A stretch of DNA of 64,000 bases from Salisapilia sapeloensis CBS 127946. Lineage: Eukaryota; Protista; Oomycota. The notes beneath the pieces are model-generated. The model had not been told where the DNA came from. It searched no databases and was given only the letters and a program-made list of their open reading frames with translations. The position numbers and the translations under genes were made by a program. Shown here one piece after another: positions 23,419 through 33,987 of this stretch; position 1 is the stretch's first letter; the number at the start of each line of letters is the position of its first letter. The stretch covers positions 1 through 64,000 of the forward strand of contig JAADVB010000046.1 in assembly GCA_023334545.1 (NCBI GenBank). The letters are read 5' to 3'.

Positions 23419-26334
23419 TTAAGAAGAATCACTCTCAACATCTCCAGCTTCATTTTCCATCATGTTGTCGCTCGAGTTTCTGTACATTAATGTAAACTAA
23501 TATGAATCTCATGAGAGCGAGAACGTCTATAGCCACTTACAAGGTATCAAGCTCTGAATCCCCGGCTTCACCCACTAGATCGTCGTCATTGGAGCTTCTA
23601 TAAGACGATGCTAGCTTTAGCCTACACCACGGAAGAGAACAAGTGTATCCTGATGTACGAAGAATCTGGCTGTGAGCCTTCGACTTCAGCTTCATCATTT
23701 ATAGGGTTGCCTGTCAAGTTCCTGCAAGGCAACACAAACGTTATTTAGCTAAATGTAATAAAGAAACTTGTGTCCACTCACATGTTTATGCCGATAGACC
23801 TTATGTAGGTTCTTGCTGCTGAAGATGTCTTATTAGAACCAATTCCTAGCAAAGAAGACTCTGGAAGAAATATTTTAGCACGCAGTCTGTTGTGCTGGAG
23901 GTACCTGTGTGATACAAAGTGCCCATTAATCGTTCGATATGTACTACAAAGCCTTTTATTCATGACATGAGACGTAGATTCATACACTGTCTTAATGTTC
24001 GGTATATCTGACGTGACATTGGACAGACTGCTGTTCTTCACGAACCTATGTAGACCCGAAACTCCATCGAAGTGCATAGCGCATTAATAGCCATGAGATA
24101 CGCACACTCTCTCTAGATTGGGCCACGACCCATTCCAATTCTCCAATTTCGTGTGTTGCGCGACCCTATCATTCATGTAAATGAGTTGGATCCCATACAT
24201 GTAAATTCAATGACGTACAGCTCCTTTGCCGAGCCGAGGGTATTGCTGTGCGGTGTACCAAGGAATGTGATCTGGTTATGACTCAAATCACTGATCAAAT
24301 TAGTTAATCGCATGATCTCCACAAGAGACATACAGACGCATACACTATTTCGAGGTGTTCGCACTTGTTCCAACGCAAGCTCTTCTCCGTAAGCCTGTTC
24401 CCTGACAGCGTACTGTAGTAAACACTTAAGACCTCAGCATATCTGGCTCTTTTACTATATGTGCTTTACAAAATCTTTAGCTTCATCTCCGAGCAGTCAA
24501 AATCCGTAAGAGTATTGTAGTCAAGATGTCTAGTTCATAAATACTTAGTCACCAATTCAAAAGCGGATTTCGAGTATTCAAATCCTACGCCGTACTGAAG
24601 TTGGGCGTCGTCGCTGTAAAGCTGGCCACACTGTTGTTGTACAGTTTTCTATAAGATGAAAGTGATAAAATGTGCGTCATGAATGGCCATATTCGAAGAC
24701 TTACAAGAACTTGAGGTGTATCCAGTTACCAGTCATATTGATCAATCTGCCGTTGACATTGGATCTAATCAGAGTTCATTAGCACACTCATATTTGACCG
24801 TTGAACTATATTTTCTAAATGAGAATTACAGTTCACTGAGCTTAGGGAATATTTTTGAATCGAATATCTTCATTAAGGTGTTGCTCATGTATCCATCCAA
24901 TTGAAACTTGAGTATGCATAGCATTTGTTGGTAGTCAAAATCGTGTGAGATGAACAATTGCTCTAGCTTTGGAAACATTCCCGATATTTTTTCAATAGGA
25001 TTCACGTTCAGCAAACTGCTTTACACATGAAACATAAGTCATTCAAACGAGACACTTAAATGTCGACATCTTACGCCTTAGTGAGATTCGGCATCGTAGC
25101 TTTCACTTCGGTGATGTCGTTGTTCCTTGAATACCTACATGTAGACAGGCTATGAATTATAGGTCACAAATTGATCATATTCGAACACATACAAGTACTC
25201 GAGGTGGTCCCATTTACCAGTAATAGTCTGTAATCTGCCGTTGTAGTTTGACCTAGTAAATATGTATGAGCAAACTATTATGAGATCTACTAAGCTGCAG
25301 TGCTAGTCCAGGGACATACAGTCTGCGAAGCTTGGGAAATTTATCTCCATCCAGATCCTGAAGCAAGGTATAGCTCATCCTTCTGTTCAGATCAAACTTC
25401 AGTAAGCATATTGTTTGTTAGTAGCCAATATCATATCAGACGCACAGCTCCTCTAACTCAAACGAGTTATCCGATATTTCTTCGATAGGGTTCATCTGCA
25501 GCCAACTTTGTATTTACAAGATGTAAGTCATCGAATCAAAACGATCGACTGTCTAACGCTTACGCTTGAGTAAAATTGTGCATCTTTGCCGTAAATTTGG
25601 AGATGCTATTCCTCCTGGATTGTCTACGTAAATACAAGCGATGAAATATACATCCTACATTGACCATAGCGAAAGACTCACAGGTAGTTGAGGTGGTTCC
25701 ATTCGCCAGTAAAATTCTCCAATCTGTCCATATTGCTTTCCCTGGTCGATTTTTGTTAGTACATTGATATTTAATCGTAGGAGAGGCATGCCGAGAGGAG
25801 CACTTACAGGTGGCGCAGTTTCGGAAACTGGTCTCCATCCAGACTCGTGAATAAGGTGCCCGCATATACCTGTTCATATGATTCCTTTGTAAGCGTAGTA
25901 CTTGCTACTACATAGTGCAGCATTAGACTTACAGCTCTTCTAGTTTAGGAAACACTCCCGATATCTCTTCGATCGGATTTTCAATCAGCCAACTATGTGT
26001 ATATCATGAGCCGATGTCCATTCATTAGTACGGATTTCAAGGTGTTCTACAGAATTTTGACGTGCTGAAACTTGGCTCAATCGAGCTTTGTGATCTTGTT
26101 TTCGCTCAATTTACTACAGTGCCAAAGCTTGAGAGATATCTTTTCATTAGAATTAAACCGATTCACATACATTTCCTTCTTCCTGAATGAAAAGATCATG
26201 TTTGAGAGCTCTTCATCATCAATACGCTTTAATCGATAGTCTGCAACACGAATGTTTGTCTCCTTGTCATATATGCCAGCCAATGCCCACAGCGAGAGAA
26301 TAGCGTATATGACTTCTCGATTGATGTACTTCAT
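23419..26334 (-). pseudogene. Secreted leucine-rich-repeat protein built from ~20 single-LRR phase-2 mini-exons; in-frame TGA in exon 2 and a 1-nt deletion in one exon
   Basis: Signal exon 26334-26171. LRR exons at 26113-26051 (TGA at 26077-26079), 25992-25933, 25869-25808 (62 nt), 25741-25682, 25623-25564, 25505-25446, 25382-25320, 25252-25193, 25134-25075, 25015-24956, 24892-24830, 24764-24705, 24648-24589, 24529-24470, 24412-24344, 24290-24219, 24165-24106, 24045-23986 and 23904-23782, then an acidic/Ser-rich tail. Motifs include xLxxNxI/L (WLIENPIEEI, DLSHNQI, YLQHNRL, NLTGNPI). The 3' exon structure below 23720 is less certain. Confidence 0.75.
24589..25992 (-). repeat. Tandem triplication of a four-exon LRR cassette (period 487-490 bp)
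   Basis: Homologous exon types recur in the same order three times: NPIEEISG(V/M)FPKL, M(S)xTL...FPKL, SNxNGRL...TGxWxHL and N.I/V..F/V.A..(P/H)N(F/L)T.A. Cassette starts are 25992, 25505 and 25015. Confidence 0.85.
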
Positions 26335-26868
26335 ATTCGTCGAATGAACGAAGTGGTTACTGATAAGAGAGTTGTAGAATGAGAAAGATTAAAATTAACT
26401 GGAAGTATTGGTCAGCGCAGAGCAAGACATTTTAGGGGATTCTCCATTCAAGAGGTACAATCCTCAGACTATACCGATGCTTAAGCTACATCAAATTAAT
26501 GAATTTCGCTGGCGCATATGCAGCCATAGACCTGTGCTAAAGCAGGTCACATACGTTCGTGACAACACATGATGCAAGTAGCCTAGCCAAATCTACAGAA
26601 CCAAGGAATCAAATTAAATGATCAAAACCAACTACTAGAATGTTTTTTAAACTGACAGTAACATGGATCCATCGATGTGTGTCCAATCTCTTGACTTCTT
26701 GATGGCTTGGGTTGCCAAGTTACTGTTCTTTGTCATCCATGTACAACTACGCGATGTGCTCGTAGCAGAGCAGACACGCAAAGCACAACCGAGCGACATG
26801 ATCTGTCTTTTTAAGATCTCGACACAAAAACGCACAACAAAAATAATTTTGCCACGAAGCACTCAAGT

Positions 26869-28395
26869 ATGGCTCGATTGGCATTGTCACTCTTCACGAC
26901 AGCCATTGCTGCGCTGTCAATTGGTGCAATAGCTCAAGACATATCTGATCCAGATGCTATTGACCAGCGAGGTGTCCAATTACTTCCAGACGACCTGTAC
27001 GAGTTTTTCCAGTGCCGTGTGTGCACGACACCGGAACTGCATGGCAGCGTAGAAGACTCTGCCTGTGACTACGAAACGGTCGACAAGGCTGTAACGACCC
27101 ACTTTCGTCCTCTCTTGAATGAACTCTCCCAGCTCTCCTTCTTTCGTTACTATAAAGTGAATCTAGGCAAATCATGTCCATTCTGGGATGACGATGACGG
27201 CATGTGTGCTAGCATCGACTGTTCTGTATGTGCATGTGATGACGCCGAGATCCCACCCAAGTGGTATCAACTGGATAAGCAGCGAAAGAAACAAGCAAGG
27301 ACTGCTGAAGTCACATCCAACGAAGACATGCAGGCTTGTGAGCAGCAGACTGGCGAGAGCGAACTTTCTCGCGTAGATCGTGCAAATGCCAAGGCAGGAG
27401 AGAACTTTGCTGCATGGGACGAACAGTCAAGTGCCGACGTATGGGGTAAACAGTTAGAAGATGACGAAGACATGGTATACATCAACTTGCTAGAGAACCC
27501 AGAGCGGTTCACTGGTTACAGTGGTCTCCAGGCGGAGCGTGTGTGGCACGCCATTTACGACGAGAACTGTTTCACACCTCCAAAGGGTCATGAAGCCAAT
27601 TTCACTGGCATGTGTCTCGAAGAACGAGTGTATTATCGTCTTATCAGTGGATTGCAGTCATCTATCAACACCCACATCGCTTTGCAGTATCGCTTTGGCG
27701 ACGTATGGGCGACGAACCCAGCGCTGTATGTCGAGCGTGTAGGTAGCCATCCAGAGAGACTAGAAAATTTGTACTTTGCCTACTTGTTCGTCATGAGGGC
27801 TCTAGGCCGATATCGTGAAGAGCTTCTGCAGTACGATTTCTCCACTGGAAACGATGACGACGATCGTCGGACGGTCGAGATCTTGAGGAAGTTGGTCTTG
27901 GACGATGAGGACCATACTGCGTGTCCGGAAGAACGTCACTCGGTGCTCACTGGTTTCGACGAGCAAGCTCTCTTTCGTGTACAGGAAGGCGAGCTTTCGT
28001 CTGATGAACTGGCGACTGCACAAGCACAGAAGAAGGAGCTAGAGGCCCAATTCCGAGCCAAATTCCAAAACGTCAGTCGGATCATGGACTGCGTCACGTG
28101 TGAAAAGTGCCGGTTGTGGGGTACCATCCAGACACTCGGTCTCGGAACGGCGATTAAGATCCTGCTTGTGGACGATGTCAAGAACCTCGCGCCTTTGCAG
28201 CGTAATGAGCTCATCGCGCTCATTAACGTTGCGAACAACTTGTCGAAAAGTGTCGATGGCGTCCGTCTCCTTCGTCAACAAGAGTTTTCTCATGCGATTA
28301 CACAGTTTACATTGACGACAGGTCTCATCCTTATGATTTGTCTCGTGGGAGCATTGATCCTACGCAAGTTCCGAACAAAAGACAAGACAGAATAA
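26869..28395 (+). CDS. ERO1: ER oxidoreductin 1 (ERO1) with signal peptide and C-terminal TM helix
   Basis: SFFRYYKVNLGKSCPFW, CASIDCSVCAC, YINLLENPERFTGYSG, CLEERVYYRLISGLQSSIN and MDCVTCEKCRLWG (CxxCxxC). Confidence 0.95.
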   Translation: MARLALSLFTTAIAALSIGAIAQDISDPDAIDQRGVQLLPDDLYEFFQCRVCTTPELHGSVEDSACDYETVDKAVTTHFRPLLNELSQLSFFRYYKVNLGKSCPFWDDDDGMCASIDCSVCACDDAEIPPKWYQLDKQRKKQARTAEVTSNEDMQACEQQTGESELSRVDRANAKAGENFAAWDEQSSADVWGKQLEDDEDMVYINLLENPERFTGYSGLQAERVWHAIYDENCFTPPKGHEANFTGMCLEERVYYRLISGLQSSINTHIALQYRFGDVWATNPALYVERVGSHPERLENLYFAYLFVMRALGRYREELLQYDFSTGNDDDDRRTVEILRKLVLDDEDHTACPEERHSVLTGFDEQALFRVQEGELSSDELATAQAQKKELEAQFRAKFQNVSRIMDCVTCEKCRLWGTIQTLGLGTAIKILLVDDVKNLAPLQRNELIALINVANNLSKSVDGVRLLRQQEFSHAITQFTLTTGLILMICLVGALILRKFRTKDKTE

Positions 28396-28433
28396 AAAGC
28401 AATATGATTTGGATGAATAGCTCTTGTATACAG

Positions 28434-30047
28434 TTAAGACCACTGGAGATGTCGATCCGAGTCGCCAATATCCCCTCCTTTTACGCGATCCGACATCTTG
28501 ACGTCATAGTACCCTACGCCAGGACTCTCGCTCTTCGTCACGAACGAATCGCGAGTGTACTTAGCTCTAGACATGGTCGCGCCTCGAGAAGACAAGGACG
28601 AAGGAGCTTCGTAGGTGGAGCTAGCGGATGCGTAGGATGGGGGAATGTAGCTGTATCGGCCGTTTAGACTGCGGTTGTGACGAGTGCTCGAATTGGACGT
28701 CTGGGACGACACTGATGCGTCGGAACGCGTACGATCTCGACGAGCGCCTCGTCGAGTGATACCTTGGTGACCACTAGTAGAAGAGTATCCAGAGATCGAA
28801 GAAGCATTGGATGATGCGTACTTGTGTCTGGACTTGGGCTGATAGCCATGCTTGACCTCCATGGCTTCCAACGCCTCTGGTGTCAGTCGCACCTTGGTCT
28901 TGGGTGTATTGTCATGCGGTAAAATATCAGGAGGGTCTTTTCCTTTCTTGGCACAAGTGGCTTTCAGTCGATCAGCAAATTGCTCCAAGCGACGTGCGAT
29001 TTGAATCATTTCTTGGTTCTTCTCTACTAGCTGCATCTTGAGTAGTTCTATATGCTTATACAACACTTGTTCATCTTCGTCACAAGACTCCTCCTGGTTA
29101 TTGTCGTCCACACTTGCTGTCGAGTACGTTCGTTGCGCTGGACGAGGAATGGAAGTTGGCACGTTTCCGACGTTCCGACTGCGTCTAGTTGGTGCAGAGT
29201 GCGGAGGTGGAGGGATACTACCACTTGATCGACGCTGATGGTTGTCCTGATTACTCGCTGGGATACTACTCTTTCGATTCTCAGCCACCTTGGAAGGCGA
29301 TGGACGGCGCAATGGAGTGTCGAAAACACTGCTCAGACGACGCTCATGCGTGTCTTCTTCCGGCTGAGGACCAGCGATAGGCTTGGTGCGCTCTTTGAAA
29401 CGGATTTCGAGAGGCAAATCAGCGTTCTTGATGATCGCATGCACCTGTAGCAGTCGTAACCCAGCCAATGGCGTGTCTCCAATCTGCATGACTGTCGTAC
29501 CAGGCACTAGACGTCGGTAGTGGGCTGGTACCGAATGGGGGTAGATGGTCGCAACGACAATGGACTTGCGATATTGCTTCATGGTAAAGCCAAGAGGAAG
29601 GCGATGAAACAGGACGGCAAACTCAACACTCGCGTCTCGATCGTCGCTTGTACTATCGCTACTGCTATCGTTATTCGCTTCAGACATGAAAGTCGAAGCC
29701 GTCAAGTCCAGCGGCTTATTCGGAGCTACAAGCCGGAGTTCAGCACGATCACCGTCACGAAACCAACGACCGACAGGTTCAGACAAGTTCACGTACTTTT
29801 GCACGCCTGGATGGAATATCTGGTCAAAGCCAGGCGTTTCATAAGCTGGGAAAGCGAGCTGATATTCAGCTATGGTAGCACTGATGAGGCTATCACACGG
29901 CCACTGCGTTTCCACAGAGGTGCGAAAGGAAGCTCCGACCGCTACGACTTCCAGTGTGACGGTTTTGCCAGAGCTCTGTCGAGACGATGTGGACGATTGA
30001 GACATCGACAACGAGTGATTGGCACTTCGAGATCTCGAACTATACAT
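28434..30047 (-). CDS. Hypothetical protein: beta-grasp-like N-domain, PDZ-like domain, coiled coil, Ser/Arg-rich tail ending in a PGxGYY repeat
   Basis: 537-aa ORF; PDZ-like LPLGFTMK...LVPGTTVMQIGDTPLAGLRLLQVHAIIKNADLPLEIRF; C-terminal SPGVGYYD. Confidence 0.65.
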   Translation of the reverse strand: MYSSRSRSANHSLSMSQSSTSSRQSSGKTVTLEVVAVGASFRTSVETQWPCDSLISATIAEYQLAFPAYETPGFDQIFHPGVQKYVNLSEPVGRWFRDGDRAELRLVAPNKPLDLTASTFMSEANNDSSSDSTSDDRDASVEFAVLFHRLPLGFTMKQYRKSIVVATIYPHSVPAHYRRLVPGTTVMQIGDTPLAGLRLLQVHAIIKNADLPLEIRFKERTKPIAGPQPEEDTHERRLSSVFDTPLRRPSPSKVAENRKSSIPASNQDNHQRRSSGSIPPPPHSAPTRRSRNVGNVPTSIPRPAQRTYSTASVDDNNQEESCDEDEQVLYKHIELLKMQLVEKNQEMIQIARRLEQFADRLKATCAKKGKDPPDILPHDNTPKTKVRLTPEALEAMEVKHGYQPKSRHKYASSNASSISGYSSTSGHQGITRRGARRDRTRSDASVSSQTSNSSTRHNRSLNGRYSYIPPSYASASSTYEAPSSLSSRGATMSRAKYTRDSFVTKSESPGVGYYDVKMSDRVKGGDIGDSDRHLQWS

Positions 30048-30399
30048 GGTTAAGGCCCTGCAGGTTTATGTAGAAAAAAAGTTGCAGTATTGATCAAAGC
30101 GTAGCAGAGGAAGCCCCGAGGGCTCCTCTACTTGGTACTGCTTACGGTATTTTTGGCGTTTGGTAGGGATGTGAAACGTCTAAGAAAAAGAAAAGAACCG
30201 ACTTGAGTCGTTGAAATGGATAAACTCATCTAGTGTATCCTTCTATGGACAGAAACGTCCCGCTAGATAATACTTTAGAATAGATGTGATTAGAAATGTA
30301 GCTGAAGAGGTTCAGATAGAGTAGAAGAACGTTCTTGTACGATAAAAGAGGATACGAGTAAAAAAAGTTAATGGAGTAATTTCGTAACTAGACGTCAAT

Positions 30400-32091
30400 T
30401 CATGCTTTCCGCCGGCGGTAGACTACGTATGGCGCGTACTGGACATTTTTTTCCGACAGGTAAGGTATGTAGAAAGACCGATAAGGCGCTTTCGAGTGCT
30501 CTGCATCGATAAAACCATACACTCCTAGTCGTTCCCACGTACCAGTGTTTTCCCACAACTTGACTTCCTCCTGGTCTTTCAACTCTAAATCGACGAAATA
30601 GTCACATTGATCCAATTCGACATATCGACTCGGCTCTTCCTCATTCCTGTCGTTCATGTGCGTTGGAATGATAGATGTAGCGTTCTCATGCGTTTCAAAG
30701 TGCTTTGGCAAAATACCAGTGAAACCAGACTTGACGAATGCTAGTTGGATCGAGTTGGACGGTAGGAAGAAGCTTGAGGGAAAGCGGTGCCATTCTTTCC
30801 CAACACAAACCGTCGTTACACGACGGTCTTCTGCACTGTACATGCTCTTGACGTCCTGTGGCAAGTGGTTTTCAGCTAGTTGGGCGTAGAGACGTAAGGG
30901 TGCACTATAGTTCTCCACTTTGCTAAAGATACTAGACAAGGAGGCAAGCGTGTAGACGAGTAATCCACATGAGATGGCAAAGTGGGTCAGACGACGTCCG
31001 ACTACCTTTTTAACGTGGTGTCCGACCGACCGAATGGTCATGGCTGCAGACAGACACAGGAGTGGGTAGATGGGGAAAAGGAACCTCTCTTCCTTGTGTG
31101 GCTGGAGCGTCATGATCATAAGCCAGAGGTACATGGGAGACAGGTACTTGAGTGCATGCAGTCGATTCCACTGTAAAAGAGCACCGAGAAGAGCGAGAGG
31201 TAGGAGAATGTTAAAGTTGAGAAGAAGGTTGAACAGGTAGTAGTACCAGCTATCGACACCATACAGCGTCGAGTCCTTGTCACTGCTGAAGACATTGTAC
31301 ACGACAATGTTCCATGCAGGCAGGACGAGTTGCTGGTAGTAGTAATAGTTAACGCCGACCTCTGCACCTACGACACCTAGCAGCATAAGAGCTCCGGCGA
31401 CGATGCTGCGAACGACGCCTTGATGATACATGGCTTCGACGGCAAATGGGAGGAAGAGAACCCCGACGTACGGCCAGCCACTCACCACAGCAACGATGCC
31501 ACAGAACATGGCAGCGTTGTACTGCTGGTCCATCCAGGCACCTGTGAACGCTGTGACGAGGTACATGACGGTGGAGCTGGGCAAGAAGGCAGTGCTGGAG
31601 TAGAACATGCCAGCATTAAAGACTAGAATCCATAGTAGATACCTCGCGGTGGCTCGACCAAAGCGTTTCCGGCATCTATCGTAAAAGTAGGCTTCGGAAT
31701 ACGCAGATGCGATGGCGAGAGCGCCTCGGAGGGCGTAGAACGTAAGCATCTTTTGCTCCGCCGTCGCATAGCCAGTGATGCCATTGCCTGATCCTAACGA
31801 AATGGCACTCCCCGCAAACCTCGACACGATTGCATGTGACCCAATGTATAGGTACGATCGCAAGGCGTACACAGGCGAGTATTCCCACGTCTGGAAGCCA
31901 AAGTTGTGCAGTAAAAAGTGCATGGGCTCCCAGTAATTATATACTTCGTCACAGTCATCGAGTGGTCGGAGCATGGCGGACATGACTCGAGGCAGCAGTA
32001 GTATCGACACGGCCGTTTCTCTCGACGGCGCCCACAGCCATCGCTCGACCTCGCGCTCCCCAATGGATCGCGTTCGCTTGGTCTTGGCCAT
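30400..32091 (-). CDS. ALG9: Alpha-1,2-mannosyltransferase ALG9 (GT22)
   Basis: DCDEVYNYWEPMHFL...GFQTWEYSPVYALRSY, FLPSS, QPHKEERFLFPIYP and VCVGKEWHRFPSSFFLP. Confidence 0.93.
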   Translation of the reverse strand: MAKTKRTRSIGEREVERWLWAPSRETAVSILLLPRVMSAMLRPLDDCDEVYNYWEPMHFLLHNFGFQTWEYSPVYALRSYLYIGSHAIVSRFAGSAISLGSGNGITGYATAEQKMLTFYALRGALAIASAYSEAYFYDRCRKRFGRATARYLLWILVFNAGMFYSSTAFLPSSTVMYLVTAFTGAWMDQQYNAAMFCGIVAVVSGWPYVGVLFLPFAVEAMYHQGVVRSIVAGALMLLGVVGAEVGVNYYYYQQLVLPAWNIVVYNVFSSDKDSTLYGVDSWYYYLFNLLLNFNILLPLALLGALLQWNRLHALKYLSPMYLWLMIMTLQPHKEERFLFPIYPLLCLSAAMTIRSVGHHVKKVVGRRLTHFAISCGLLVYTLASLSSIFSKVENYSAPLRLYAQLAENHLPQDVKSMYSAEDRRVTTVCVGKEWHRFPSSFFLPSNSIQLAFVKSGFTGILPKHFETHENATSIIPTHMNDRNEEEPSRYVELDQCDYFVDLELKDQEEVKLWENTGTWERLGVYGFIDAEHSKAPYRSFYIPYLSEKNVQYAPYVVYRRRKA

Positions 32092-32230
32092 CTCTAGGTC
32101 GCTCGAGTGTGTCTCGATGTGGTATGCTCATATACGGAGTACGCTAAGTTTGTGGACAACTACATATAAATACCAAGTGAAATTGACCGAAGAGGCCGTG
32201 GCCAGTCGCCGCCACGTTGCGAGCTCGAAG

Positions 32231-32246
32231 CGTCATTCCCAGATTT
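32231..32246 (+). promoter_or_regulatory. INR+FPR core promoter in the ALG9/purF divergent region
   Basis: CGTCATTCCCAGATTT lies ~45 nt upstream of purF ATG 32289. Confidence 0.6.
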
Positions 32247-32288
32247 AGGTACCTGGACACTTCTCCCTTCACCTCTGCATCCGACATC

Positions 32289-33908
32289 ATGTGTGGTATC
32301 ATCGCTGTGATGCTGGCGAACCAGTACGAGCACTGTAACCAGTACTTGTACGACGGGTTGACGGTGCTCCAGCATCGAGGCCAAGGTATTTTGGCTCGTG
32401 AAATCTGATTACGTGGTAGGCCCTAATGTCGCTTCGTGCACATGGTAGATGCGGCCGGGATCATGACCTGTGAGAAGAAGCGCTTGTTCCTGCGCAAGGA
32501 CAATGGTCTCGTGCGCGACGTCTTCAAGCAGACGCACATGCTCAACTTGCGCGGTCCCATGGGTATCGCACATGCGCGGTATCCTACGGCTGGCACGTCC
32601 TCGAGCTCCGAGGCGCAGCCGTTCTACACTAACTCCCCATACGGCATTGCAATCGCTCACAATGGCAACCTGACCAACTCACACGAGCTTGTCGACCAGC
32701 TCTCGAACTCCAACTTCCGTCACGTGAACACCGACTCGGACTCGGAACTGCTGCTGAACATCCTCGCCGACGAGCTCCTCACGAACGTGAACACTCCGTT
32801 AGGTGAAGACACCATCTTCGAGGCCGTCCGTCGCCTCATGCAGCGCTGCCGTGGAGGCTACACGGCCGTCACGCTCATTAACGGCTACGGTATCTTGGCC
32901 TTCCGTGACCCGCATGGCATCCGTCCGTTGGTCTTTGGCTCTCGTAAGAACGACCACGGCACGGATTATGCCGTGGCATCGGAGAGTGTGGCGCTTGACA
33001 CGCTCGAGTTCGATCTCCTGCGTGACGTTGCGCCTGGTGAAGCTGTTTTGATCAAACAAGGTGGAGAACTCACCACGCGCATGTGTGCCGACAATGCGAC
33101 GCTGAACCCCTGCATCTTCGAGCACGTCTACTTTGCCCGTCCCGACTCGTTCATCGACGGTGTCTCCGTCTACCAGGCACGTTGCAACATGGGCGAAGTG
33201 CTTGCGGAGCGCATCCTAAAGGAGCGACCGGACCACAATATCGATGTGGTCATCCCGATCCCAGACACGTCTCGTACGTCTGCGCTCGAGGCCAGTCGTC
33301 GTCTGAACATTCCGTACCGAGAAGGCTTTGTCAAGAACCGCTACATTGCTCGTACGTTCATCATGCCCGGCCAAGTCATGCGTAAGAAGACAGTGCGCAT
33401 GAAGCTGAACGCCATCAAGTCCGAGTTCCAGGACAAGACGGTGCTCTTGGTGGACGACTCAATCGTTCGAGGCACAACGTCTCGTCAGATCGTCCAAATC
33501 GCTCGTGAGAGTGGTGCCAAGGCAGTGTACTTTGCCTCTGCGGCTCCAGCGATTCGCCACCCGAACGTCTATGGCATCGACATGCCGACTGCGGAGGAGC
33601 TGATTGCTTACAATAAGACGGAGGAGCAGATCAGCAAAGAGCTCGGATGCGACTGGGTCATCTACCAGGACCTCAAGGACCTGGAAGAGTGTGTTCGTCG
33701 TCAGAACCCGAGCATCAACGGCTTCGACTCGTCTTGCTTTGACGGCAAATACGTCACGGGCGACGTCGATGAAGAGTACTTTGCTCGTCTCCATCGTGAA
33801 CGCTGTGACTCTCAGATGCGTGCCAAGAACACTGGCTTCGGTACCATGCCACGCACCATGTCGGACGAGACGATCGACATGTACAACGCTCCAGCCGTGA
33901 GTCAATAG
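32289..33908 (+). CDS. purF: Amidophosphoribosyltransferase (glutamine PRPP amidotransferase), 2 exons (intron 32386-32448)
   Basis: N-terminal MCGII (catalytic Cys, no propeptide), LQHRGQ|[44 protein letters not shown]. Confidence 0.96.
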
Positions 33909-33987
33909 ACTTAAAGCAAAAAGATAAACACACTCGTTCCTTGTCCAATCTGTCTTGTTGTGTCGCTTACATCTACTAGCGTTAAGA

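Noticed and set aside
33911-33987. ORF-track extension of CSE1 to 33911 nearly abutting purF
   Set aside because: Intron read-through artefact; the spliced last exon stops at 33988.
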